Shown here: positions 17,841 to 26,604 of the stretch, one piece after another
Position numbering within the stretch: the stretch's first letter is position 1
Layout: the number at the start of each line of letters is the position of its first letter
From: Candidatus Ratteibacteria bacterium
Lineage (GTDB): Bacteria; Ratteibacteria; UBA8468; B48-G9; DTJG01
Reading direction: 5' to 3'
Length of the DNA stretch: 39,878 bases
Assembly: GCA_049971295.1 (NCBI GenBank)
Contig: JBMFLH010000006.1
Coordinates: 1-39,878 of the forward strand
Program-made: the position numbers and the translations under genes
The notes under the pieces: model-generated
Databases searched by the model: none
The model's input: only the letters and a program-made list of their open reading frames with translations
Told to the model about the DNA's origin: nothing

Positions 17841-20129
17841 ATGAAAAAAATACTTTTTTTATTATCGTTTTTTTTTACCGGCATAACCGGGCATTGCTTG
17901 CCCCAGAGAGTTCTTTTCAATTTTGAAGAAAACACTAGATCCTGGAACATTATTGAAGGTTCGACGGCACAATGTATTCTGGAACAATCCAATCAGAATG
18001 CAACAGAAGGATATGGTTGCCTCAAATGTACGGTAAGTTTTCCTGGTGAGGCAGGAATAAGAACGCTTCTGAATGAAAACTGGACTGGATATCAATCCCT
18101 GATGTTTGATATGGTCGTTACCGAAACACCGCTTCAGCAGGTGAAGTTTTTTGTTTATATCAAAGACAGGGAATGGTTGTGGTATCAGACGAAATTTTAT
18201 CCAGTAAAATTTGGAACAACAAAAATTTCAATCAATATTTCTGGTTCAAGCCTTGACCTTACTCCATACGGTCATAAAAAACCCTGGAACCAGTACAGCT
18301 TAGAACAGATCCAGGAACTCGGAATAAAATTTGTTTCTGACTCAAAAATTACCCTGTCATTTTATATTGATAATATCCGGCTTTCTCCAGTTCTTTTTTC
18401 GTCTTTGAAGGTTAATAGAACAGAGGTGCCTCTTTATGAAAAGTTTGAAATTTCATTTAAAACACCAGTTTATTTTTCAAATCCCTTTGACCCTGATTGT
18501 ATTGCCATTGATGCATATTTTGTCTCGCCATCAGGACGAGAAATAGTGGTGCCTGGCTTTTTTTATCAGGATTTTTATTTTGCAGGTCCTGGAACAAAAG
18601 GTCAGGATAACCTTCAACCACAGGGATTGCCTGAATGGAGAATACGATTTTCTCCAACCGAAAAAGGAGTTTATAAGTACAAAATTACTGCATCCATAAA
18701 CAAAGGCGATGAAATTTTCTCCACTTCCACGATGACCTTCAGGGCAATTGATTCAAAAAATCCTGGATTTGTTCGTGTAAGCAAAAAAGACGTCAGATAC
18801 TTTGAGTTTGATAATGGAAGTTTTTTTTATCCAATAGGGCATAATATCAGGTCTCTCAATGACAACAGATATTCTCAACTATTTAATCGACCGCTTGCTG
18901 CCCAGGACGGGACAATCAATTTTGAAACATGGCTCAATGATATGGAAAAAAACAAAGAAAACCTTTTTGAAACATGGATGGCTGCATGGTGGCTGGCAAT
19001 TGAATGGAAAAAGGGATACGGTTTTTATGAAGGGCTTGGCAGGTATGACCTGAGAAACGCATGGAAACTTGATTGGATACTTGAAATGGCTGAAAAGAGG
19101 GGTATTTACATTCAACTGGTGATAGTGAATCATGGAGCAGTAAGTACCTATTGCGACCAGGAATGGCAGGATAGTCCCTACAATATCAAAAACGGTGGTT
19201 TTTTGAATTCACCCGAAGAATTTTTTACCAATCAACAGGCAAAGGATTTGTTCAAAAAACGGCTCAGATATATTGTCGCAAGATGGTCTTACAGTCCGAA
19301 TATTTTTTCCTGGGAACTTGTTAATGAGATGAATTTGATAGGAGCCAGTGGAAATTTTTATAAGACACCGGTTCTTGCTAACTGGTATGCAGAAATTGGA
19401 GATTATCTTGCTCAGATTGATCCGAACAATCACATGATTACAGGCCATTACACAATTTTATATGATAGCGATGTATTTAAACTCCCACAGGTTGATTATG
19501 TTCTGACAAATGCGTATTATGATGTAAGAACTGGTAATATCGTTGATTATCTGAAGGTGGTGGCAAACTTTAATGCAAGATTTAACAAACCACATTTTGT
19601 CTCTGAATACGGTGGAAACTGGAATGCAGGACCAGAAGCACTGATTGAAGCAGACCTGCATAATGGAATATGGGCAGGCTCCCACCTTCCGTTTGCTGCC
19701 ACTCCTCTTTTCTGGTGGCACAATTTTATTGAGGAGAAAAATCTCTATTCCCATTACAAAGTCCTTGCAGAATATTTGTCAGGCATTGATCGGATTAAAG
19801 AAAAACTTGACCCGAAACCAGTAAAAATCACAGGCGAAAATGAAAGCAATGTCAAATCGCTCTGTCTTGCTGGCCAGGAAAAAGCCCTGATATGGGTATA
19901 TGGTCAGGACAGATTGAAAAAGCCACCATCTGATTCAGATCCGCCTCTAATAAAGAACAATCAGTGTTTGATTGAAAACTTGATTCCTGGCGATTATGTG
20001 ATAGAATTCTGGGATACATACACCGGGAAAATTGTAAAGACAGAAATTGAAAAAAATGAAGGTGGTTTAAGCTTTATGCTACCAGAAACAAACAGGGATT
20101 TTGCAATTAAAATTTACAGAAAACCATAA
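17841..20129 (+). CDS. Secreted multidomain glycoside hydrolase (CBM-like domain, DUF5060, clan GH-A/GH5-like barrel)
   Basis: Signal peptide MKKILFLLSFFF. NPFDP...SPSG...PGFFYQ...WRIRFSPT..G matches DUF5060. RYIVARW, SWELVNE (acid/base) and FVSEYG (nucleophile). Confidence 0.8.
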   Translation: MKKILFLLSFFFTGITGHCLPQRVLFNFEENTRSWNIIEGSTAQCILEQSNQNATEGYGCLKCTVSFPGEAGIRTLLNENWTGYQSLMFDMVVTETPLQQVKFFVYIKDREWLWYQTKFYPVKFGTTKISINISGSSLDLTPYGHKKPWNQYSLEQIQELGIKFVSDSKITLSFYIDNIRLSPVLFSSLKVNRTEVPLYEKFEISFKTPVYFSNPFDPDCIAIDAYFVSPSGREIVVPGFFYQDFYFAGPGTKGQDNLQPQGLPEWRIRFSPTEKGVYKYKITASINKGDEIFSTSTMTFRAIDSKNPGFVRVSKKDVRYFEFDNGSFFYPIGHNIRSLNDNRYSQLFNRPLAAQDGTINFETWLNDMEKNKENLFETWMAAWWLAIEWKKGYGFYEGLGRYDLRNAWKLDWILEMAEKRGIYIQLVIVNHGAVSTYCDQEWQDSPYNIKNGGFLNSPEEFFTNQQAKDLFKKRLRYIVARWSYSPNIFSWELVNEMNLIGASGNFYKTPVLANWYAEIGDYLAQIDPNNHMITGHYTILYDSDVFKLPQVDYVLTNAYYDVRTGNIVDYLKVVANFNARFNKPHFVSEYGGNWNAGPEALIEADLHNGIWAGSHLPFAATPLFWWHNFIEEKNLYSHYKVLAEYLSGIDRIKEKLDPKPVKITGENESNVKSLCLAGQEKALIWVYGQDRLKKPPSDSDPPLIKNNQCLIENLIPGDYVIEFWDTYTGKIVKTEIEKNEGGLSFMLPETNRDFAIKIYRKP

Positions 20130-20138
20130 AAGGGAGCT

Positions 20139-21752
20139 ATGATGAAAAAGATTCTTTATCTCTATGATCAGGATGAATCCCATATTTCTGTATGGGCAAA
20201 AACAGAACTCGAAGCAATGTTCGAAGGAGACAGAAGATTTTCTTTTGTTTCAGAAGCAGGCTATAAGAAATTAACTGACTTTGACGCAGTGATTGTATTT
20301 TTGAAAAAAATTACATCAGACCAATTGAAAAAAATCAATGAATATGCAGGTTCAGGAGGGATGCTATTGTTCGTCAGCCCATCTGCTGAAACATCAAATA
20401 CATTACAGGAAATTACAGGATGCAATACCTTTGAAAACAGAGGTGTTCAGCAATTTACTGTTTTTGTTGAAGAAAAAAATCACTATATCACACAACGATT
20501 TCCTTCTGAATTTCAAATAAATGATTTCCTTGTTGATGTTGGACCAACACAGTCAAAAGCGATTTTTTCGACTTACATTGGCAGCAGGAAAATTCCTGTT
20601 GTTTCTGTCAAAGATTATAAAAAAGGAAAAGTTTCCTGTATTTTTGCCGGTGGTACCAGACAGACCTGGAAAAACTTTGATTTCAGAAAAATTGTGATCA
20701 GATGCATTGCCTGGATGCTTGGAGAAAAACAAAAGGAAAAAACAATCCATTGTGGACTGGTTGGTTATGGCCCGATGTTTGGAATGGGAAAGGGGCATGC
20801 AACCTGGATTAATTCCACACCTGGAATGAAAACTGTAGCTGTATGCGATACAAATCCTGAAAGGGTTAATGCAGCCAGACAGGAACTGCCTGATTTGATG
20901 GGATATTTTACCAATCTTGAGGAAATGCTGAAAATGAAAGAAGTAGACCTTGTTGTGGGCATTGTTCCTCACAATGTACATTTTGAAGTGGCAATGAAAA
21001 GTTTTGACTATGGTAAACATATGATCCTTGAAAAGCCTTTCTGTATTAATGTGGAAGAAGCAAACAAAATGATAGAAACAGCGAGAAACAACAAACTGAT
21101 GCTCAGCGTATTCCACAATAGAAGATGGGATGGAGACTATATTGCAATAAGAAATATTGTTGACAACGGCTTAATTGGAGACATTTTTCACCTTGAGTGT
21201 TTCATTGGAAATTATTCACATCCACGCTACTGGTGGCGCTCTGACAAAAAAATCAGTGGTGGAGTGATGCACGACTGGGGAGCACATTTTATTGACTGGA
21301 TTTTAAATCTTGTTCCATCAAGAATTGCTGGCATATCAGGTGATTTTCAAAAAAGAGTGTGGTTTTCTGTTTCAAATGAGGACCATGGTCAGGCATTGAT
21401 AAGATTTGAAAATGGTGTGACTGCTGATTTTATGATTTCATCGATTGCAGCGATCAACAGGCCAAAATGGAAAATTCTTGGAACAAAAGGAGCCATTGAG
21501 GTCAACTGGGATACTCCGGATAGAATCAATGTTGTGAGTTTTGTTTCAGGAGTAAGACAGGAGGGAATTGTGAAAATCACTCCATCCTACGGGCATACTG
21601 AGTATTACAGAAACATTGCTGACCATCTTTTGATGGAAGAAGAATTGATTGTAAAACCAGAGCAGTCCAGAAGAGTCATCGGCGTTATTGAGGCAGCAGA
21701 AAAGGCATCAAAACTGAATAAAATTCTTCCACCATTTGAAAATTGCGAATGA
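20139..21752 (+). CDS. ThuA/class I GATase-like domain fused to a Gfo/Idh/MocA oxidoreductase
   Basis: N-terminal ~195 aa (FDAVIV, GGMLLFV, HYIT, YKKGKV, RCIAW), then GLVGYG, ILEKP, FHNRRWD, SGGVMHDWGAHFID. Confidence 0.85.
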   Translation: MMKKILYLYDQDESHISVWAKTELEAMFEGDRRFSFVSEAGYKKLTDFDAVIVFLKKITSDQLKKINEYAGSGGMLLFVSPSAETSNTLQEITGCNTFENRGVQQFTVFVEEKNHYITQRFPSEFQINDFLVDVGPTQSKAIFSTYIGSRKIPVVSVKDYKKGKVSCIFAGGTRQTWKNFDFRKIVIRCIAWMLGEKQKEKTIHCGLVGYGPMFGMGKGHATWINSTPGMKTVAVCDTNPERVNAARQELPDLMGYFTNLEEMLKMKEVDLVVGIVPHNVHFEVAMKSFDYGKHMILEKPFCINVEEANKMIETARNNKLMLSVFHNRRWDGDYIAIRNIVDNGLIGDIFHLECFIGNYSHPRYWWRSDKKISGGVMHDWGAHFIDWILNLVPSRIAGISGDFQKRVWFSVSNEDHGQALIRFENGVTADFMISSIAAINRPKWKILGTKGAIEVNWDTPDRINVVSFVSGVRQEGIVKITPSYGHTEYYRNIADHLLMEEELIVKPEQSRRVIGVIEAAEKASKLNKILPPFENCE

Positions 21753-21755
21753 AAA

Positions 21756-21844
21756 GCGAAAGAATCATTAACATTAATGGTGTTTTTTCGCACACTGGGT
21801 AAGGGTTATATTGCATAGCCGTTGTGTAACAACTGCCAGTTTTT
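21756..21844 (+). ncRNA. Candidate structured cis-RNA (long hairpin plus three-way junction)
   Basis: Hairpin 21756-21791. P1 ACUGG/CCAGU encloses P2 GGUUAU/AUAGCC and P3 GUUG/CAAC, followed by a U run. G-U pairs favour the plus strand. Not recognised as a known family. Confidence 0.35.
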
Positions 21845-21865
21845 CTACACTTAAAAGGAAATCAA

Positions 21866-23170
21866 ATGACTGGTTCTGGAACGCTGCTGGCAGGAGTAGC
21901 AGAAATAGATATAACTCCCCCTATCGGAACATTTCTTGCTGGTTCATTGAAACCAAGACAGTCCACAGGTATTGAAGACCCCCTCTATGTGAAGGCAATT
22001 TCCCTGCAGTCAGGAGAAAAAAATCTTGTATATGTGATTTTTGACCTTGTTGCTCTTGATAGAAATTGCGCTGAAATTGGGATGAAACTTACTTATGAAA
22101 AAACAGGTATTCCACCAGAGTCCATTGTATGGGCAGCAAGTCACACTCACACTGGTCCCTATACAGGTGGACTGTTTCTTGATGAAAGTTTGCTTGACAG
22201 AAAATATCTGGAAAGTATTCCAGAAAAAATGGCGCAGTGCATTGCAATGGCTGAAAAAAATAAGAAAGCTGTCAAATTTTCAAGAACGAGAAGTTTTCAC
22301 TACGGGTTGTCTCATAATAGAAGAATCCTGTTTAAAAATGGTCGTGTGGTTAATACATGGCTTCTGCATAATGCGCCAGATGATGTTCAATCCATAGGAA
22401 GTGCAGGTCCCATTGACCCTGAAATTGGTATCTTTTGTTTTGATGATTTGCACGGTAATCCTGTTGCCATTATTTTCCATTTTACACTTCACACAAATAC
22501 AAATTTTGGTCCTAAGTTCAGTGCAGATTATCCTGGTGTTGTGGCAGCAAGAATCAGAGAAAGATTCGGGCCCGATGTGATTACACTTTTTATGCCTGGT
22601 GCATGCGGAGACATCAATTCAACAGGTTTAAAACACAGGCAAGTGGGAGATGCCCTTGCTGAAAAAATCATTTCTGCTATTGAAACAAGAAAACCCGCAT
22701 CAGGACCTGTTTTTCTTGATGTAAAGAAAAACGAAATCACTGTGCCGATAAGGGATTTTTCAAAAGACCAGACAGATAGAATTATGACTTCTGGCTGGGA
22801 TGAAGAATCTCAGAAAGTTTTCTTCAAGGAACTCGAGATTATGCGAAAGACAGGCAGAAAAGAAGACAGGACTGTTCTTCAGGCGTGGTGTATAGGTGAT
22901 ACTGGCTTCGTTTCATTGCCAGGAGAACTTTTTGTGGAATGGGGATTGAAAATCAAAAAAGAAAGCTCATTTCCATTCACATATCCGGTTGAACTTGGTG
23001 GCGACTATCTTGGATATCTGATTACGCAGCAGGCATGGAAACAGATTGGATATGAATCTCTCATTGCAAGAAGTGCAAGGCCCACTCCTACTGGAGTTGA
23101 AAAAATGGTTCAGAAGGCAATAGAAATGCTTTGTGAAATCTATAAAGAAAAAGGAGAAATGAAAAAATGA
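21866..23170 (+). CDS. Neutral/alkaline ceramidase-like metallohydrolase
   Basis: AGVAEIDITPP, DPLYVKA, ASHTHTGP, NRR, GPIDPE, FSADYPG, GACGDIN, LPGELFVEWG, GYE. Confidence 0.8.
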   Translation: MTGSGTLLAGVAEIDITPPIGTFLAGSLKPRQSTGIEDPLYVKAISLQSGEKNLVYVIFDLVALDRNCAEIGMKLTYEKTGIPPESIVWAASHTHTGPYTGGLFLDESLLDRKYLESIPEKMAQCIAMAEKNKKAVKFSRTRSFHYGLSHNRRILFKNGRVVNTWLLHNAPDDVQSIGSAGPIDPEIGIFCFDDLHGNPVAIIFHFTLHTNTNFGPKFSADYPGVVAARIRERFGPDVITLFMPGACGDINSTGLKHRQVGDALAEKIISAIETRKPASGPVFLDVKKNEITVPIRDFSKDQTDRIMTSGWDEESQKVFFKELEIMRKTGRKEDRTVLQAWCIGDTGFVSLPGELFVEWGLKIKKESSFPFTYPVELGGDYLGYLITQQAWKQIGYESLIARSARPTPTGVEKMVQKAIEMLCEIYKEKGEMKK

Positions 23171-24238
23171 AAAAACTAAAAATTGGCATTGTGGGACTTT
23201 CACGAGGAAGAGGCTTTGTGGGTGTCTTTTCATCTCATCCTGATGTTGCTGTTTCAGCCATATGTGACATTGATCAGAAAAAACTTGCTGAAGTTGGTGA
23301 TGCCTTTGGACTTCCTGATAGCGCTCGCTTTAGTAATTTTGACGATTTTCTCAACAATGATACGGACATTGTCATGATCGCAACACCAATTCCTTTTCAC
23401 GCTGAACAGACCATCAAATCCCTTCAGGCAGGAAAACACGTCTTATGCGAACAGACAGTCTCATATACAATTGAAGAATGTGAAAAGGTTGTTGAGGAGG
23501 TAAAAAAATCTGGAAAAAAGTTCATGATGGCTGAAAATTACTGCTATTTCCATTACATAAGAGAATGGAAAAAAATCGTAGATGCCGGTGAAATTGGAAA
23601 AATTCTCTATGCAGAAGGAGAATACATCCATAATATATTCCATCTTCTTGTAAATCAGGAAACCGGCCAGTTTTACTGGAGGCATGAAAGACCTCCGATA
23701 TGGTACTGCGCCCATACACTTGGTCCGCTTTTGATGTTGATGAAAGATAGAATTGTAAAGGCATGTGGGCTGACGACAGGATTTAATATATACCCTCAGT
23801 TCAAAGACTCTCCTGGTTTTCTTGATTTTGAGGTTGGATTTTTTAAAACAGAAAAGGGTGCTGTGGTGAAGATTTTGCGAAGTCAGGTACCAGCATGTCC
23901 TCACTTTGTCTGGTACTGTCTTTATGGAACAAAAGGCCATCTTGAAAATAAAAGGGTAAAAGGTGAAGGATTTATTTACATTGCTGATAAAACTCCTGAT
24001 GATGGAGAGATTTTTACCAGTTCCATTGTTGACCCGAATGCACCTGAAGAGGCAAAAAAAGGGTGGTCATGGCACATCAGAGTACTATATGATAAGAGAT
24101 TTTCTGGATGCCATAAAAAACGACACCGAACCTCCTATCAATGTTTTTCGAGCAACTGAATGGACAATCCCCGGCATTATTGCCCATCAATCAGCGATGA
24201 AAGGTGGCACATGGCTTGATGTTCCAATTCTCGGATAA
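23167..24238 (+). pseudogene. Gfo/Idh/MocA oxidoreductase with a one-base insertion near the 3' end; possibly an assembly error
   Basis: KIGIVGL..G, IATP, HVLCE, AENY, Y.AH. Removing one base in A7G3 (24054-24063) gives EEAKKGGHGTSEYYMIRDFLDAI...SAMKGGTWLDVP. Confidence 0.85.
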
Positions 24239-24309
24239 CAAAATTTCGTAATCGGTTTTCCATAAACAGTTAACGGTTTCTGGCAGAAATTAAACAGAGG
24301 TAGAAAAAA

Positions 24310-26604
24310 ATGGAGCAAAAAATTTTATTGAAAAACAGAATTCACAGAAAACTAAAAAATCAACCCATCAGTTATGGCGTTTGCTGGCCTGAGGGTGTGA
24401 TATTTGACGAAAAGAAAATAGGACTTTTTGATGAAAAAGGAAATCGTATTCCTTGCTCTGCCACTACCTTGAACAAATGGCAGGACAACAGTATCCAGTG
24501 GACACTTCTTGATTTCATCGTTGATGTTATAGATGAATCCTCATTCAGGACTTTTTTTGCAAAAGTTATTGAAGATCAGAATCAGCCCGTGATTGAAAAT
24601 CAGGTCAGGGTTGAAACAGATAAAGACAGTGTTGTGATTGACAATGGTTTTGTTACCCTTGTTCTATCTTCAAAAAAAGGACATCTTGTAGAAAAATGGA
24701 TATCTTGTGGCAAAGATGTCATTTTACCTGATGGATTTGACATTAATTTCAAAAATGAAAAGGGCAAGAAATTTTCAGCAAAAAAAGGAAATCACAAGAT
24801 TACACTTGAACATGTAAATCCTTTGAGATGTATTGTAAGAATCGATGGTAAGCATGGTTCTGGTAATGAGGAAATGCTTGACTATTTTTTAAGATTTGAG
24901 CTAATTGCAAACAGGGATGATGTGAAAATTACCTACTCATTCAGAAACAGGGAAATACCTGTTCCTGGAATTAAAATCAAATCATTTTATATTGAATGCA
25001 AGCCAGCCATTGAAGGAAAGGCGAAAAAATGTTTCTGTGGGAAAAACTTAACCAGGTACTATATTCCAAAATTTTTGAGGGTTGATGAGGATGTGTGTAT
25101 TGTTGCTTCAGATACAGAAAACCTTGATGATTACCAGAATCAACATAAACGTGGTAACAGGGCATTTGTTTTTGTTAAAGATGAGAAAGTTTTACATGAC
25201 CCTATTGACGAAAAGCCATGGTTTTTGAGAAATGTGAAGTACAGAATGAACGTGGGACAAAGACTTGTTTTTCCGTATCTGGCGCTTATTGGAAAAAATA
25301 CAGGACTTCTTGTTTCCTTTCATCAAATGAACACTCTTTATCCAAAAGAATTAAAAAACAAAAAAAATACTTTTTTATTTGGCATCTGGCCTGACTGGGC
25401 AAAAGAACTTTCAATTACCCAGGGAGCAGGCAGGTCCCATATAATTTTTATCGCGCCATTACAAAGCAGTGTTTCTGACATGGAAATTCAAAACAAATAC
25501 CTGAGCTGGGAAGTACCTATGATGCCTGGTTGGCCGACTCAAAATCCAGTAGAAATTTCCTGTGATATCGAGCATGTAAGAAGATGCAAAGTTTTTGCTA
25601 TTGACATGCTGACTGAATATGATATGAAAAACAGGCCTCTTTTTGAAAAAAAAGTTCTTGATAGCTGGATATATGTATCGTATGGCTCGCTTGGTTGGAC
25701 AGAGGAAGTCGTTCCGATGTTACCTACTGGTTTCTGGGATTATGGAGACAATGGAGCAAACAATGAAGAAATGTTCGGACATGTTTATTTCCAGAATCAC
25801 CTCAGGACAGGAAATTATACCTGTTTAGAAAATGGTATCGCAATTGCACGGCATATTCTTGAAGTTGATTTTGTGGATTTCAGCATTGACAATCTTCAAA
25901 ATGGTGGAATGGTTGCTCATTGTTTGAATCATAACGATGGCGCAGTATATCCTTCTCACATGTGGTTTACAGAACTTCTTTTTGCGTATGCATTAACAGG
26001 AGATATTGAATTTAAAAAGGCAGCCATCAGAATTTGTGAAAATCTCCTTAGATGGATTGAAGATGAGAAATATTTTGAAATAGTTTCTGGAGACCACAGG
26101 GAATCAGGTCAGCCCATGATTAATCTTACCTGGTGTTATGAATTTAACAGAGACACAAGATACCTGAAGGCGTGTGAGAAAATTATCAAGAAAAATCTAA
26201 TGGAGCAGGTGAAAAAATATGGAAAAATGTTTGCCCCTAAGCCCCATTCAATGCCAATAAAACTTGTTAGGTACGGTGATTATGCAACATGGGAAGGAAT
26301 GTTCTGGTACTGGAAAATCACAAAAGATGATGAGATAAAAAATTTTATGCTAAGTCAGTTAGAATGGCGGCTTTCAACTGAATTTATGACACCATTTGCC
26401 TATCATCGTGTCAGTGATATCAATCCTGCTGCTTATGCCTATTACATGACAGGCGACAGAATGTGGATTGACAGGGTGGCAAAGTTTATCAAGGCAGCAT
26501 TCAGATGCGCAAAATGGCCTATTGGCTGGATACATTCGATGTACGCATTGAAAATTGCATTTGACCTTGGTATCATCAACGATGATGATATCACTCCACA
26601 GTAA
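24310..26604 (+). CDS. PcRGLX/YetA (PL26)-like protein, putative polysaccharide lyase
   Basis: N-terminal PISYGVCWPEG...LNKWQDNSIQWTLLDF, beta-sandwich middle, and C-terminal alpha/alpha barrel with GFWDYGD, NNE, RHILEVD, SHMW, YALTGD. Confidence 0.6.
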   Translation: MEQKILLKNRIHRKLKNQPISYGVCWPEGVIFDEKKIGLFDEKGNRIPCSATTLNKWQDNSIQWTLLDFIVDVIDESSFRTFFAKVIEDQNQPVIENQVRVETDKDSVVIDNGFVTLVLSSKKGHLVEKWISCGKDVILPDGFDINFKNEKGKKFSAKKGNHKITLEHVNPLRCIVRIDGKHGSGNEEMLDYFLRFELIANRDDVKITYSFRNREIPVPGIKIKSFYIECKPAIEGKAKKCFCGKNLTRYYIPKFLRVDEDVCIVASDTENLDDYQNQHKRGNRAFVFVKDEKVLHDPIDEKPWFLRNVKYRMNVGQRLVFPYLALIGKNTGLLVSFHQMNTLYPKELKNKKNTFLFGIWPDWAKELSITQGAGRSHIIFIAPLQSSVSDMEIQNKYLSWEVPMMPGWPTQNPVEISCDIEHVRRCKVFAIDMLTEYDMKNRPLFEKKVLDSWIYVSYGSLGWTEEVVPMLPTGFWDYGDNGANNEEMFGHVYFQNHLRTGNYTCLENGIAIARHILEVDFVDFSIDNLQNGGMVAHCLNHNDGAVYPSHMWFTELLFAYALTGDIEFKKAAIRICENLLRWIEDEKYFEIVSGDHRESGQPMINLTWCYEFNRDTRYLKACEKIIKKNLMEQVKKYGKMFAPKPHSMPIKLVRYGDYATWEGMFWYWKITKDDEIKNFMLSQLEWRLSTEFMTPFAYHRVSDINPAAYAYYMTGDRMWIDRVAKFIKAAFRCAKWPIGWIHSMYALKIAFDLGIINDDDITPQ

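Noticed and set aside
21790..21840. Cobalamin riboswitch similarity (CACTG-GG.AAGG...CTGCC)
   Set aside because: The 5' half (AGGGAA, CGGTG.AA.TCC) and a proper B12 box are missing and the region is too short.
24054..24063. Programmed -1 frameshift at A AAA AAG
   Set aside because: Restoring the protein needs a +1 shift, and no stimulatory structure is evident. An extra base in the homopolymer explains it.
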